A stretch of 64,000 bases of DNA from Squalus acanthias. Its lineage: Eukaryota. The position numbers and the translations under genes were made by a program. The notes below the pieces were generated by a model. The model worked only from the letters and a program-made list of their open reading frames with translations, did not search any database and was not told where the DNA came from. Position 1 is the stretch's first letter. Each line of letters opens with the position of its first letter. Shown piece by piece: positions 1 to 12,290 of this stretch. The DNA lies in NCBI GenBank assembly GCA_030390025.1, contig CM059452.1, positions 6,572,001 to 6,636,000 of the forward strand, given 5' to 3'.

Positions 1-122
1 TGATTGATGTTCTGCAGGAAGTGACATTCGACCAGCCCCAGCCGGTGATCTCAGCTCCTACTATTTGATGTTCTGCAGGTTTCTGAGACACAAAAAGTCC
101 CTCGAATTGCGGAGCAGCAACA

Positions 123-1200
123 ATGCGGCTCCCTGTTCTCTCTGTGGTGTGGGTGACATTCATTTTCGGTCAGAATTTTATAACTTTTAAAACGGCTTAA
201 TTCGTCGAGGAATAAAATTGAAAACCAGAGAAGTTACTTAAACTTGTGTCGAACCTTGGTTAGATCACACTTGGAGAGCTGTGCACAGTTCTGGTCTCCA
301 TAATAAAAAAAGGATATAGGGACACTGGAGCAGGTGCAAAAAATTACAAGGATGATACCAGAACTGAGAGGTTGTAACTATGGAACAAGTTGGGGCTCTT
401 TACTCTAAAAAGAGAAGACTGGGAGGTGACCTGATAGAGGTCTTCAAAATTATGAAGGTTTTTGATACGATAGACGTAGAGAAGAGGTTTCCACTTGGGG
501 GGATTCCTAAACTAGGGACCATAAATATAAGATAATCACAAATACATCCAGTAGGGAATTCAGGAGAAACGTCTTTATCCAGAGAGTGGTGAGAATGTGG
601 AACTCACTACCACAAGGAATAGTTGTAGCGAATGGCATAGAAGCATTTATGGGAAAGCTAGATAAGCACACGCGAGAGACAGGAATAGAAGGAAATGCTG
701 ATAGTGTTAGAACAAGAGTGGTGGGAGGAGGCTCGTGTGGAGTATACACACGGACATAGACTAGTTGGCCGAATGACCTATTTCTATACAGTAAATTCTA
801 TTCAATTTTATGTAAAACTCAATGCGAATTTTCACCGTCAGTTGGTTCAGTTTGAACCTTTAATGCATATTTTTCGCTTTCTTTCACCGTGTGTTCCAGA
901 TCTGAGCGATGCAGATTCTGTTACTCAGCGGGAGTCCTCACTCACACAGACAGAGGGAGAAGATGCCACTTTAACCTGCACCTATTCCGCCAATGGTTAC
1001 GTATTCTGGTACCGCCAATACCCAGGCAGACAGCCTGAGTTTGCAGTCCAGAGGTACACGAGCGGCGGTTCTGAATATCAGCCGGATTTCGCTCAAGGCC
1101 GGTTTTCTGATACAGTCCAGCGGTCAGACAAGTTGTACCGATTGACCATCTCGGGGCTGCGGCTGACTGACACCGCGGTGTATTACTGTGCACTGAGGCT
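123..1200 (+). CDS. TRAV: TCR alpha/delta V segment, intact (leader exon 123-168, V exon 900-1200)
   Basis: Leader MRLPVLSVVWVTFIF then GT donor; AG acceptor 898-899; DSVTQ..LTC..WYRQYPG..DTAVYYCALR; intron contains a CR1 fragment. Confidence 0.9.
220..810 (+). mobile_element. CR1-type LINE 3' fragment in V leader intron
   Basis: Degenerate RPHLE..QFWSP, RGDLIEVFKI and RVVRMWNSLP-like sequence. Confidence 0.75.
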
Positions 1201-1239
1201 CACAGTGATGGGAACGAGCTAAAGCCTCGTCCAATAACT
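1201..1239 (+). other. 23-RSS
   Basis: cacagtg + 23 bp + ccaataact. Confidence 0.85.
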
Positions 1240-1909
1240 GCCGCAGGTTTCTGTGTCACAGCTGCTGCCTGTTGTGGGCTGTTTATCACAGCGGGTCAGA
1301 CACTGACACGTGACTACATTCCTGTGCGCACAGACCCCGAGCAGAATCCACATCAAACTCAGATAAAACCGTTCACATCGAATACTGATTCCGTCTGATT
1401 ATTGTATTAACTGTGTGAGGTCAGCATTGGCTGCTGTTTATTTGTGTATCTTTGAGAAACTCCAGTCCCATTGAGAATAAACACACCTGCGGGTGGCCTG
1501 TATCTGGTGCACCGCTGCTTCGGATATAACGCACGGCAAAGGGACAAATAATGATTGGTTTGAAATATCAGTCTACAGTGTAGACAGAGATAGGTCGGGT
1601 GGGGAAGATCCCAATAATTCTAATAACGTTATTAAAACTTTCTCAATATTATAAAGACTTGCCCATATATAAAGTAAGAATCTGCAGTAAAAGCAGGTTC
1701 CAGAAGGTCAAATTCAGAACAGGATAAGAAGCTAATGAACAAACATTAATCGAATAATAATCTCTAAGGACGGACATGGTGTGTACTTGGCTCCGTGCCA
1801 GATAGTCAGAGGACCGGCTGAATACAAAAGACTAACTGAGAAGGTATCAGAAGAGATGAAATAGTGAGATACAAACCGTGAAATGAAAAAAAATAATTAA
1901 AGATTAAAC

Positions 1910-2290
1910 TGGACCCTGTCTCTGTTTGTATTACACTAGGCCCTGTCTCAGTTATTAATGCACGAGACCCTGTCTCTATTTATATTGCTCTAGGTCCTGT
2001 CTCAGTTATTACTGTATTAGGTCATGTCTCTTTTGTATTACACTAGGCCCTGTCTCTATTTATATTACGCTAGACCTGTCTCTTTTATTAATGCATTCGA
2101 CGATCGTTTTGTTTGCATAACACTAGGCCCCATCTCAGCTATTGCTGCACTAGACATGTCTCTGTTTATACTACACTTGGCCCTGTCTCAGTTATCACTG
2201 CACTAGACCATGTCTCTGTTTATATTACACTCGACTCTATCTCAGGTATTATGAAACTAGGTCATGCCCCTATTTATATTGCACCGTTCT
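1910..2290 (-). repeat. Degenerate 27-bp minisatellite, same family as 20950-22770 but inverted
   Basis: Repeated tagaccctgtctctgtttatattacac-like units. Confidence 0.8.
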
Positions 2291-4325
2291 ACAACACATT
2301 TTAAATACATATGCAGTGAGACAGAGAGTTTAAAGATAGTGACATTCATCAACCTGAGTGCAGCTCGGTGGCTGTGACCTCCTCTGACATAGCAGAGGTT
2401 TGTCACTCAAACCCCCTCCGCCCAATCCCGAACCCCTCACCTACCATGTAACAGCTTTCTATGTCTCTGACCCCGCCCTCCACGTGTGGGAGAGTCCAAG
2501 GTGAGTCTGTCTGTAGCTATGCCGGGGTGGGGGGCGGGGGGTGGGGTGGGTGCTGGGTGGACAGTCTTCCATGTGACTCTGTCGTGAATGGTTCCTTCCT
2601 GGGCCTGTGTGGGACCTCTCCCGCTGGGACCCATGTCTAAGAGTTGCTACCTGGGGAAAACCTTTCAACCATTGAGTACAGACAGGCACTGAGCTGATCC
2701 ACCGCGAGGGGCCTCACTCACCTGCTCAGGTACATTGCTCAGATCTTCCTTTCATTCAGTCACTTCCATTGTCCTTTTCCATCAATTTCTTTGTTTGATT
2801 TTAACCTGCTGTTTGTTTTTCTTTACCTGTCTGTTCATTTTTGCCTCTGTTTCTGATGATTTTCAACATCTGTTCTGCTCATTTCACCCCATCTCCCTCA
2901 TTCCCTTTACATTTCACAGATTCCACTCATTCCCATGTCCCCAGGTGACACCATGCATTCTGCAGTTTGTGTGTGTGTGTCTGAGCTTCAGTCAGCGTCA
3001 GTCTCTCCGGCCCTGTGTCCGTGTGAGTCACTCTACCTCAGTCAGGCTGTGTTTAATCAGCCCTCTCATTGTCCATTTGTATTACACAGAACAGTGCCGA
3101 TCCCTTTATCCCGCTGCACGGCTTCAGGGGTTATCCTCATGGCGCAATAGTCAGCACAACCCTTATTAACTGTTCCCGTTCTGTGTCTTTATATTTATAC
3201 GTCTGGATCAATCTCCCTCTGTTGGTGTCTCACTGTACTCAGTCTCACCTTTATCTATCTCCCTCTCAAAGTGTACAGACAGACCAAGAGCTGATCAATG
3301 GAGGTGGCTTCATTCACCTACACAGCTCCATTGCCTAAATGTTTAACCATGGAGGACAGACAGGCACTGGGCTGATCCACTGAGGGGTTCCTCACTCACC
3401 TGCACAAGTACATTGCTCAGATATTCCTTTCAGTCAATCACTTCTATTGTTCAATTTCAGAATTTGAACCTGCTGTTTGTGTTTCTGTTCCGTGTCTGGT
3501 TGTCCTTTCGCTCATTTCTCCCCATCACTTCCATTCCCTTCACAATCCCCAGATTTTCCCATTCCCATGTCCCCTGATGACATCGTGCAGTCTGCAGTCT
3601 CTGTGACGTCAGTCTGCAGTCACTGTGACGTCAGTCTGCAGTCTCTGTGACGTCAATCTGCACTTGCTGTAGACGGTTCCCTATTAACGTGTACAGCCAG
3701 AAGGGATCATCGGGGTCAAAGCATTAAAGATGACTGAAGTACAATTAATAATTTCTCCCATTTCTATTCTGTAAACTTGAAGAATATGTAATGTAGCATT
3801 GAGCTTCAGTCAGCGTAAGTCTCTCCCGCTCTGTGTTCGCGTGACGTCAGTCTGCAGTCCCTGTGACTCGCTGTCGGACATGTTGAAGTGATGTGCCGTC
3901 GGCCATGTTTGAGTGACGTGCCGTCGGCCATCTTTGGGTGACTTGTTTCGGCGATATTTGAGTGACGTTTCAGTGTCAGCGACCTCTTTATCGGAGCTGA
4001 TCTGAACATCGATCCATGATTTTAAGGGGAAACAGCAGATCAGAAGCAAAAAGGACAGTTTAACCGGTCGGATCATTCTCTGATCGATCTTTTGAGCCGA
4101 TTGGATTCTGTAGTTTGTTTTCTCGGCCGCTCCTGGAAACAGTTGGGTGACAGTTTGATCCGAGGTTAATTTGGTTCCTCTCGGTGTGTGTTTGAGCGCC
4201 TGACAGCGCGCTGCTCATTGTGGCTGCATCTGCCCGCGATTCTACACAACTCCAACAGAAAGGAGCTCCGCCCTACAGTCCAATGGCAGTGTTTGTACGG
4301 GGTGAGACTGCTTTCCATCACTGTG

Positions 4326-4780
4326 AGTCTCAGGGCGCAGTAATACACGGCAGCGTCAGTCAGCTGCAGCCCGGAGATGGCTTAACTGGTGAATTAATTC
4401 GAGGTCTGGAGCACAGCAGAGAAACGGATTCCGAAACCTTCTCCTCTCTGTTCCTATGTGTTCCAAGAAAGTCTCCTGATTACAAACTGGGGCTCCTTCT
4501 CTGGTTGTTGCCGGTACCAATATAAATAATAGTCGTTGGCTGTGGTACTATAGGTGCATCTTATAGTCAGCGCTTCAGCTTTTCTTCTGCTGACTGAAGT
4601 CTGGGACTGAGTAACAGAATCTCCATCACTCTGATCTGTAACATGTGTTCAGGAGCAAGATAAGACCGAGTATTAAAACCTGAAATAATATTAACACTTT
4701 AGTTTGAACACGACATGATTGGAGTCATCCTTACCGACAATAAACACCTCAAACACAACCAAGGCGCTGAATATCCGCAT
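4326..4780 (-). pseudogene. TRAV: TCR V pseudogene (leader 4735-4780, V exon about 4326-4635)
   Basis: Leader MRIFSALVVFEVFIV; DSVTQSQ..IRCTYS..WYRQQP..YYCALRL with in-frame TAG and TAA; RSS heptamer 4319-4325, nonamer acaaacact. Confidence 0.88.
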
Positions 4781-6534
4781 GGCCGCTGCCGAGCCCAAAC
4801 CTGTCGGTCTCTTGAAAAGCACAATTCCGGACCGGAATCGACCTCGTCAGAGGCTCCTATTGGTCCAACGTCATTTCCTGCTCTCATTGTCCCACTCCAA
4901 TGACACCTTCTCCAATACACCCGCCATATATTGAAATGAGATTCAAGTGAGGCTCATGCCTCAGTTGAAACCCCTTGAACCACAGTATTAAGTATCTGAA
5001 GGTGGAGCCAATCACTCAGTGAGCGCTGCCTATGGTGTGAAGAAAGTTTCAGTTTTGCTGAGGTTTGGGGATTTATTTAATGGGCCCGAATTCGTCACAC
5101 TGAGTGTTTGTTTATTTTATGTCGGTGTGTGACGGCTCACCGAGAGCGTTAACGTCCTTCTCCTGCTAACAATTTTGTTTACACTGAACTATCCGCTCTG
5201 TGCGGTAGATTTAGTCTGGTCGCTATTTCTAACGAAATAGTGAACACATTCTAAAATAAAAAGCTTGCGATTTCGTTAAAACAACTTGTGGATGAGATTT
5301 CCAGAGAGAGACCAGAGGAAATCTTCCCACTATGGGTCCCCAGCAGCTTAATCAAACCCGACTCCCCGTCAACCACCTCAGTCTGATTAGTGGCAGTGAT
5401 TGAAATAAACAACAGCTTCATCTACTTTCAAACCGATAATTTTTTGTCACTTCGAGATGATATCTGACCGCCATCATCCGACTGTGTTGGTAATTGCTCG
5501 GAGGGGAATATGAGCCCCTTCCCCAAATATCTGCTGAACACGTTAGATTAATGTCTGCCTGAAACTCACAGGAGGCGCTATTCCACTGTGCTGAAATTAA
5601 TCACATGGGAAGTGAAATGGTGGTTATTGACACGGGAGAAACTCCTCGCCCGGGTTACAGTCCCATCTCTCTGAGTGTGCCCTTCATTCCAGATTTTAAT
5701 ATGTAAGGGTTTTTTTCAAACGGCAGCTACCAAAGATGTCACTCGCAGTCGCTTTAAGATTTGCAGTATAAGGAAATACTTCATAAGCGTGGTAGAGATT
5801 GTGACGATGAATAGCTGACAATTAAAAGAGAGGGGGGAAACTTTGCTGAATCGCACGAACACAAACGCAGTAGGCTTTGAAATTATGATGCGTTTACACA
5901 AATCAGGAAGAACAATGGTTCGAGTCCCGAGGGAGCAGCGAGAACCTTGCGACCACGGCGCCCTCTGGCGGATACGACGAGACCTTTTACATTGTTCGGA
6001 TATTGGGTGAAAACAGACAATAAGTGTGTGTATGGGGCAGTTCCCAGTGTCCATTTATGGGAAGGTCTGTTGCGGTGATGCTGATGGCGAATGTCGAGCA
6101 TTGTACATCAACACTTACAGGGACAAAAACATTAATTAGATGAAGTGGAGCTTGGAAATTCACAGTTTCCGCTGGGAGATTTGACCCTTTCTGATCCGCA
6201 CAATAAACAACAACAACCCGCAATCCGCATTCATAACAACTGACTTTCATTTCCTTTCAGTTCAACTGGTGCCGGATGCCCGTGGTCATTGTTCTGTGTC
6301 TGCACTGGGGAAACCCTGATACAAGCTGCCCCACCCCCCTGCTGAGGGAGAACAAGTGAGCGAGGCGCAGAGAGGCCGCTGTCCATCTGTCTGTCAGTCA
6401 TCAGCCTGGTTACCTCAATAAAGGCATTTCGCTCATCCAGCTACATTTGTATATAAATATTATACATTTATTATTAATAAAGGTACATATGCATTATAAT
6501 GAACAGAATAAGGTCTAATCTACAAGTACGAGGG

Positions 6535-6990
6535 GGTCAGCCTTGGCTCAGTTGGTAGCACTCTCGCCTCTGAGTCAGGACATTGTGGGTTCAAGTCACA
6601 CTCCAGAGACCTGAGCACAAAATCTAGGCGCACCCTCCCGATGTCAGTACTGAGGGAGTGCTGCACTGTCGGAGGTGTCGTCTTTCGGATGAGATGTTAA
6701 ACCGAGGCCCTGTCTGACCACTCAGGAGGACGTAATGAATCCCAATATTTCGAAAAAGAGCAGAGGAGTTATCTTGGTCAATATTTATCCCTCAAGCAAC
6801 ATTAGTAAACAGATTATGTGGTCATTATCATGTTGCTGTTTGAGGGAGCTTGCTGTGCGCAAATTGGCTGCAGCGTTGCCTACATTACAACAGTGACGAC
6901 ACTTCAAAAAGTACTTCATTGGCTGTAAAGCGCTTTGGGACGTCCGCTGGTTGTGAAATGCGCTGTAGAAATGCAAATCTTTCTTTCTTT
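6535..6990 (+). mobile_element. tRNA-derived SINE with Deu-domain-like core (SacSINE1-like)
   Basis: A box tggctcagttgg, B box gggttcaagtc, core ggaggtgtcgtctttcggatgagatgttaaaccgaggccc, tail ending gaaatgcaaatctttctttc. Confidence 0.75.
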
Positions 6991-7330
6991 CAAAGGGAAG
7001 CGAGAATGTGGAATGTTCTGGAGAAAGTGTTGTTGGCTCAGATTCCTGTGGAGGGCCAAAGGGATTTGGGAGTCCAGGGACTTTCCAGATATTTTCAATC
7101 TGTGATCAACAATAACAACATCATCCGTTCACACAGCTGTCTGTCTGTCTGTCTGTCTGTTTATGACACGTTGAGGAAACATTTTGAATGGAAGAATTGT
7201 TGTCCTCCTTCAGACTACACAGTGACATTGAACCAAGAGATAAAATAAACCAGAGAGTTCACTGTCACAGTCTGCCGCGCCGGAGCACATGTAGTTTATT
7301 GTCGGCTCTTGCTCTAAATACAGCACCGTG

Positions 7331-7637
7331 TGCGGTGTTATGACCCAGAAGTATTTCCTGGAATCCGCAGCTGTCAGCTGTGAAACCCTTAAAATGACGG
7401 CTCTGTAAGTTTGGGCCAAAGATGTGGTGAAGCGCCGTCTTGCAAAGTTCGCATCGTCACTGAACCGGTCGGTGCAGCGGATGAGGATATTCTCCGGGCC
7501 CACGGACCGACCCTCCCGGTACCAGGACAGGCAAACTCTCGCCACCTCTGTATAGGAGCTGGTTATTGTCGCGATATCTCCCTCCTGAGCGGTCACCTCT
7601 TCCATTGGCCAATGAGCGATCCATCCAATGACGCTGT
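7331..7637 (-). pseudogene. Divergent TCR V pseudogene, both canonical Cys lost, no leader found
   Basis: ..AQEGDIATITSSY..WYRE..RF..LTAADSRKYFWVITP followed by cacggtg (7324-7330) and an acaataaac-like nonamer. Confidence 0.75.
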
Positions 7638-7769
7638 CTAATGGACAGAGAGGGAAACGTTTAGATAAAGTTCCAATAACTGTGAGTAATAAATCCCAAC
7701 ACGCGGAGAGATTGTCGCTCACACAACAAAAGCGGGATAGCATTTCAGAATAGGAGTTCTCAGAGTGAC

Positions 7770-8035
7770 TGTATCCAAACAGAAATATATGAAGAGTTTT
7801 GATGAAGTAAATAAGGAGAAACTGTTTCCACTGGCAGGAGGGCCTGTACCCAGAGGACAAACACATTGAAGATACTTGGCAAAAGACCCAGACAGGAGAT
7901 GAAGAGATTTGTTTCTTTATTCAGTGAGTTGTTGTGATCTGGACTTCACTGCCTTGAAAGGACGGTGGAAGCAGATTCAATAATAACATTCAAAGTGGAA
8001 TTGGATAAATACTTAAAAAGAGACAAATTGCAGGA
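7770..8035 (+). mobile_element. CR1 LINE 3' fragment
   Basis: gagaaactgtttccactggcagg..gttgtgatctgg..gaagcagattcaata..ggaattggataaatactt. Confidence 0.7.
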
Positions 8036-8198
8036 AGAAAGATACCTATATATTAGAATTAACAGCACAATGTCTAATCACAAATACAGGGACCAGCTGA
8101 GACTCGCCCCTGATCACAATGTTCCCCTGACGCGCTGACATGTTGAGCGACGCTCTGACAGTTTGTGTACAGGTCCAGCCCCGCTCCGTGTCTCTGTG

Positions 8199-8365
8199 GG
8201 GCTCAGTGCGCAGTAATACACCGCGGAGTCTGTCAGTTGTGTTTCAGACACATTCAGCGGGACGGTTCGGCTCAAATCATCGACCTTCGCTGAAAAACGG
8301 ACCCCTGGAACTTTCCCTTCGATCTCGCTGTATCTTGTTCTCTGCAGCAGATACTCTATGGATCC
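8199..8365 (-). pseudogene. 3' half of a TCR V segment with RSS
   Basis: GSIEYLLQRTRYSEIEGKVPGVRFSAKVDDLSRTVPLNVSETQLTDSAVYYCALS, then cacagag (8192-8198) and acacaaact. Confidence 0.8.
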
Positions 8366-8431
8366 GGAGCCTCTGATCTACAAAGCGGAGGGAGTTTTTG
8401 CACGACGGTTTAACGGGTTTCCATCACTGTG

Positions 8432-8979
8432 AGTCTCAGGGCACAGTAATAAACTGCAGTGTCGGTCAGCTGCAGCCCCGAGATGGTTAAACTGGTGAAT
8501 TTAGTGGAGCTGTCAAGTTGTGCTGAAAAACGGGTTTGGGCAAAATGTGCTTTATCTTCAGAACCGCTCGCGTATTTCGTCAGAATAAACTCGGGCGGTG
8601 TTCCAGGGTGTTGCCGGTACCAGTACAAATTATAGCTGCCGCTCTGTGTAGTATCATAGGTACAGTTTAAAGTCACCGCTTCTCCTTCTGTCTTAACACC
8701 TGAGGACAGTGGCTCAGTGAGAGAATCTCCAAGACTCAGATCTGAAAAACATGTTCAAACAGGAAAAGATCAGACCGGCGGGTGTTTGAAATTCAGATTA
8801 AAAACATGTTAGAAATTAGAGTAAAGATGAAATGTGTCTAATTCAGCATCATTGTCATCATTTCACCAATAACAACATCTGGGTTCCCGCAGTCAGGGGG
8901 AGAATTGATGTTTACTGGGGAGGAATTACTTACTGAGAAGTGATATAATGATGAGGAGCGGTGCGAGACGGATACACAT
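8432..8979 (-). CDS. TRAV: TCR V segment, open frame (leader 8934-8979, V exon 8432-8741)
   Basis: Leader MCIRLAPLLIIISLL/gtaagt; LNCTYD..WYRQHPG..DTAVYYCALRL; RSS heptamer 8425-8431 + 23 bp + gcaaaaact. Confidence 0.88.
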
Positions 8980-9884
8980 GATGCTCCCTGAATCTGTAGC
9001 TCTGCAGTCCGGGAAATCCTCTGTGGGAGCAGAAATGCAGATCCCCTCCCCACTACACTGCTGATCCAACCAATGCCAAACAGGTAACAGCGGCAGCAAT
9101 CTCTCCAATAACACAGGGCAGGCAAGGCGGGTCAGAGCGAGAGCAGCAAACGGAGGCTGTGGGCGTGGCTGCCGCGGGAAGTGTATTAAAAACATATCCC
9201 GCAATATTACTTTAAATTGAACTGTTTGAAGTAGAAAAGGGAAGCACGGGATCACAACATAAAATGTAAATATAGGACAATATCTTCTTCATACTCGGAA
9301 AGTTGTGAATGCATGGAATAATTTTCCGAATACAGTGGTGGAGGAACATATCCTAGAATCTTTTGAGGAAAAGTTTGAGGCCACAGTGGGGCCGGGAGAT
9401 AGTATCTCTCTGGATGGATGGGACAATACGGGCCGAATGGCTTCCCTCATTCAGAATGATCTTGTGAATAGGAACAGGGCAGGACTTTTACCTTGTCGTT
9501 ACATGCAGTCGCCACCGGAGGGCAGTGCGAGGATGTGTTCACTGTGTTGGTTTCAGTATCGAGGCGGTCACAGCCTGAGAACATTGTTCAGTAACTTTAT
9601 TGAAGACATTAAAGAAGCAGATTCGGAAATAGAGGCTTTACTTTTAAATTAATATCAGTGTTTATATGGCTTATTATCAATTTTCATTATGATTTATCAA
9701 TGTTATTATTACTATTGATATGTTCTAAATATTAGCATAAAAATCCCACTCCATCCTTCTGGGGAAGCACACGGAATAAAATTTTAAAGGGAGATTTTAG
9801 GACTGGTATCAGGAAATTCCTCTTCACAAACAGGGAGTGATCAATGTGTGGAATAAACATAACGAGGGGCCGTTGTACTGCTGC

Positions 9885-10250
9885 CCGATGTGAGCTGACA
9901 GACAGTGTGAGCTGGTGTCAGTGAGAAACATTGAGTGTGGACGGCCCGGTGTGAGCTCAGAGACAGTGTGAGCTGGAGTCATTGAGAAAAACTGGGTGTG
10001 GGCGGCCCGGGCTGAGTTCAGAGACAGTGTGAGCTGGTGTCAGTGAGAAATACTCAGTGTGGGCGGCCCGGTGTGAGCTCAGAGACAGTGTGAGCTGGTG
10101 TCAGTGAGAAATACTCAGTGTGGGCGGCCCGGTGTGAGCTCAGAGACAGTGTGAGCTGGTGTCAGTGAGAAACACTGAGTGTGAGCGACCCGCAGTGAGC
10201 TCAGAGACAGTTTGAGCCGGTGTCAGTGAGACACTGAGTGTGGGCAGCAC
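9885..10250. repeat. About 61-bp tandem repeat, about 6 copies
   Basis: gagacagtgtgagctggtgtcagtgagaaatactcagtgtgggcggcccggtgtgagctca repeated. Confidence 0.9.
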
Positions 10251-10429
10251 GAGTTGGGTAAACCCCGAGATGCAGCTTGTTTTGTTTATTCGCCAGGAAG
10301 AAGCCTCTGAGTTGGACATGAATCGGAGTTTGGCTCCTTGTTAATTACCCTGAATATATTATCCGTGTCCTGGTTCTAACCCGACCTCTGTGTACATTTC
10401 TTTCAGCCTCCTTTTCATCTGATCGGATA

Positions 10430-10763
10430 ATGCTTCGGATTTACAGAGTTTCCCTGCTGATTTACACTCTGATCTGCACGGATGTGAGCGGTGAGGATGA
10501 GGTGAAGCAGCTCCCTCGGCGGGTGGTTGTTAGTGAAGAGGGAAGCGTGTCCATCAACTGCACCACGACCTTTGTGTTTAGCGTCCTGCGCTGGTACAGA
10601 CAGCACCCGGATCAGACCCTCCAGCATCTGATGATGGCCACAAGCGGGACCGATCAACACGGGAGGATCACTGCTTCAATCGGGGGAGGCAATAAACTCA
10701 GTGCCCTGACTGTGAGAGACGCGCGAGTGACAGACAGCGCCACCTATCTCTGCGCCGTGAGCC
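10430..10763 (+). CDS. TRAV: TCR V segment with leader and V apparently in one exon
   Basis: Continuous ORF MLRIYRVSLLIYTLICTDVSG-EDEVKQ..INC..WYRQHP..DSATYLCAVS; RSS cacagtg 10764-10770 + 23 bp + acagaaatc. Confidence 0.82.
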
Positions 10764-11609
10764 CACAGTGTAACAAACAGGCGGAAAGTCCGCACAGAAA
10801 TCTGCGCGGAGGGGGAGAGCCGCTCTGCTGTGTTTGGAGCAACGGGATTGGGAGGGGCCCGGTTATAATAATCGGAGGACAGAGGGAGTGAGCACAGAAC
10901 AATTCTGATATATTGAAGAGAATGATTTAAAGAAAGTGAGAAATGAAGAGAATTGGAAACATAGACAGAGAAAAAGAAAGAGAAAACCCCAAAGAAAGAA
11001 TGAGAGAGAGAAAGAGAAAAAGCGGTGTAATAATGAGAGTGTAGAGGACAGCAAATTAGGAAAGATGGGAAAGAGAAATGAAAGAAAGTGAGAAATAACG
11101 AGTGAGAAACACAAAGCTAAAAGGTGAGAAAAGCCCTAAAGAAAGAGATTCAGAAATAAAGTAAAATGTCCTTTCTTTTAAATTCACTCACTTTTCCCTT
11201 CCCTATTTACAAAGCTGAATTGTCTGAAACAATACACATTGTCTCCCAATAACAGACCTCTGGAAACTGCCCCATCGATAAACGTACACTTTATTCTGTC
11301 CATTATCCTGACAGTGTGAAATTCTCAGAGTCACCGGCAGAGGGCGCCGTGGTCACATGATTGTTGCCGTTATCAACTGGAAATGATGGAGACAAAGCTT
11401 GCGGTAACACTGCCCGCGCCAGCCCCGCCCACAGCTTCCGTTTGCTGCTCTCGCTCTGAACCGCCTTGCCTGCCCTGTATTGGTGGAGAGATTGCTGTCG
11501 CTGTTCCCTGTTTGGCATTGGTTGTTTCAGCAGTGCAGTGCGGCGGGGATCTGTATTTCTGCTTCGACAGAGGATTTCCCGGACTAGAGAGTAACAGACT
11601 CGGAGCATC

Positions 11610-12121
11610 ATGCGGAACCGTCTCGCACCGCTCCTCATCATTATATCACTTCTCAGTAAGTAATTCCTTCCCAGTAAACATTCATTCTCCCCGTGACTGC
11701 TGGAGCCCCGGTGTTATTGTTGCTAAAATGATGATGATTATGTTGCTAGAGATGACATTGATGGTGATGGTGGTGGTGATGATGATGATGATGATGATGA
11801 CTATTATTTTGTTTTAGAATGGAGCCACCAAGACACAGTGGAACAGCCGGTCCCTGAAATGACGGTTGAAGAGGAAAGTAATGTCATACTAACCTGCACC
11901 TTGAAAACAAGCGATACTAACCCTTATGTGTACTGGTACAGTCAGCACCCCGGGAAGCCTCCACAGTACGTGCTTCGTCTTATCGGAGGGAATGTGAACC
12001 GGAACCCAGACGTTACTGACCGATTCAATTCTACGTTTAATAAAACTACCAAGATTACCGAGCTAACGATCGGCAAAGCCCTGATCTCCGACACCGCCGT
12101 GTATTTCTGTGCCATGAGCCC
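11610..12121 (+). CDS. TRAV: TCR V segment, intact (leader 11610-11655, V exon 11818-12121)
   Basis: MRNRLAPLLIIISLL/KWSHQDTVEQP..LTC..WYSQHPG..DTAVYFCAMS; cacactg 12122-12128 + 24 bp + acaaaaacc. Confidence 0.9.
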
Positions 12122-12290
12122 CACACTGCTGCAGAGATATAGCGGATCCCGTACAAAAACCCACACTGAGAGTTCCAGTTAGTGCTCACCAGAGGGCGCT
12201 CTCACACCGATATACAAGCGATAATTCAGCCTCCACAGTGAGAGTCACAGGGACCTTCTAAAAAGGGCGAGAAAGCAGAACACTCCACAA

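Noticed and set aside
5600-6265. Ets-IRF composite motifs (ggaagtgaaa at 5608, tttcatttcc at 6245)
   Set aside because: Short motifs expected by chance in 64 kb; no conservation evidence within the window.
6535-6610. tRNA-like sequence
   Set aside because: It is the Pol III head of a SINE that continues into a repeat body; not a tRNA gene.
7331-7637. Leaderless NAR-TCR supporting V-delta, suggested by the CDR1 Cys
   Set aside because: The exon retains about 5 codons of leader remainder, no upstream NAR-type V-D-J is visible, and canonical Cys are lost.
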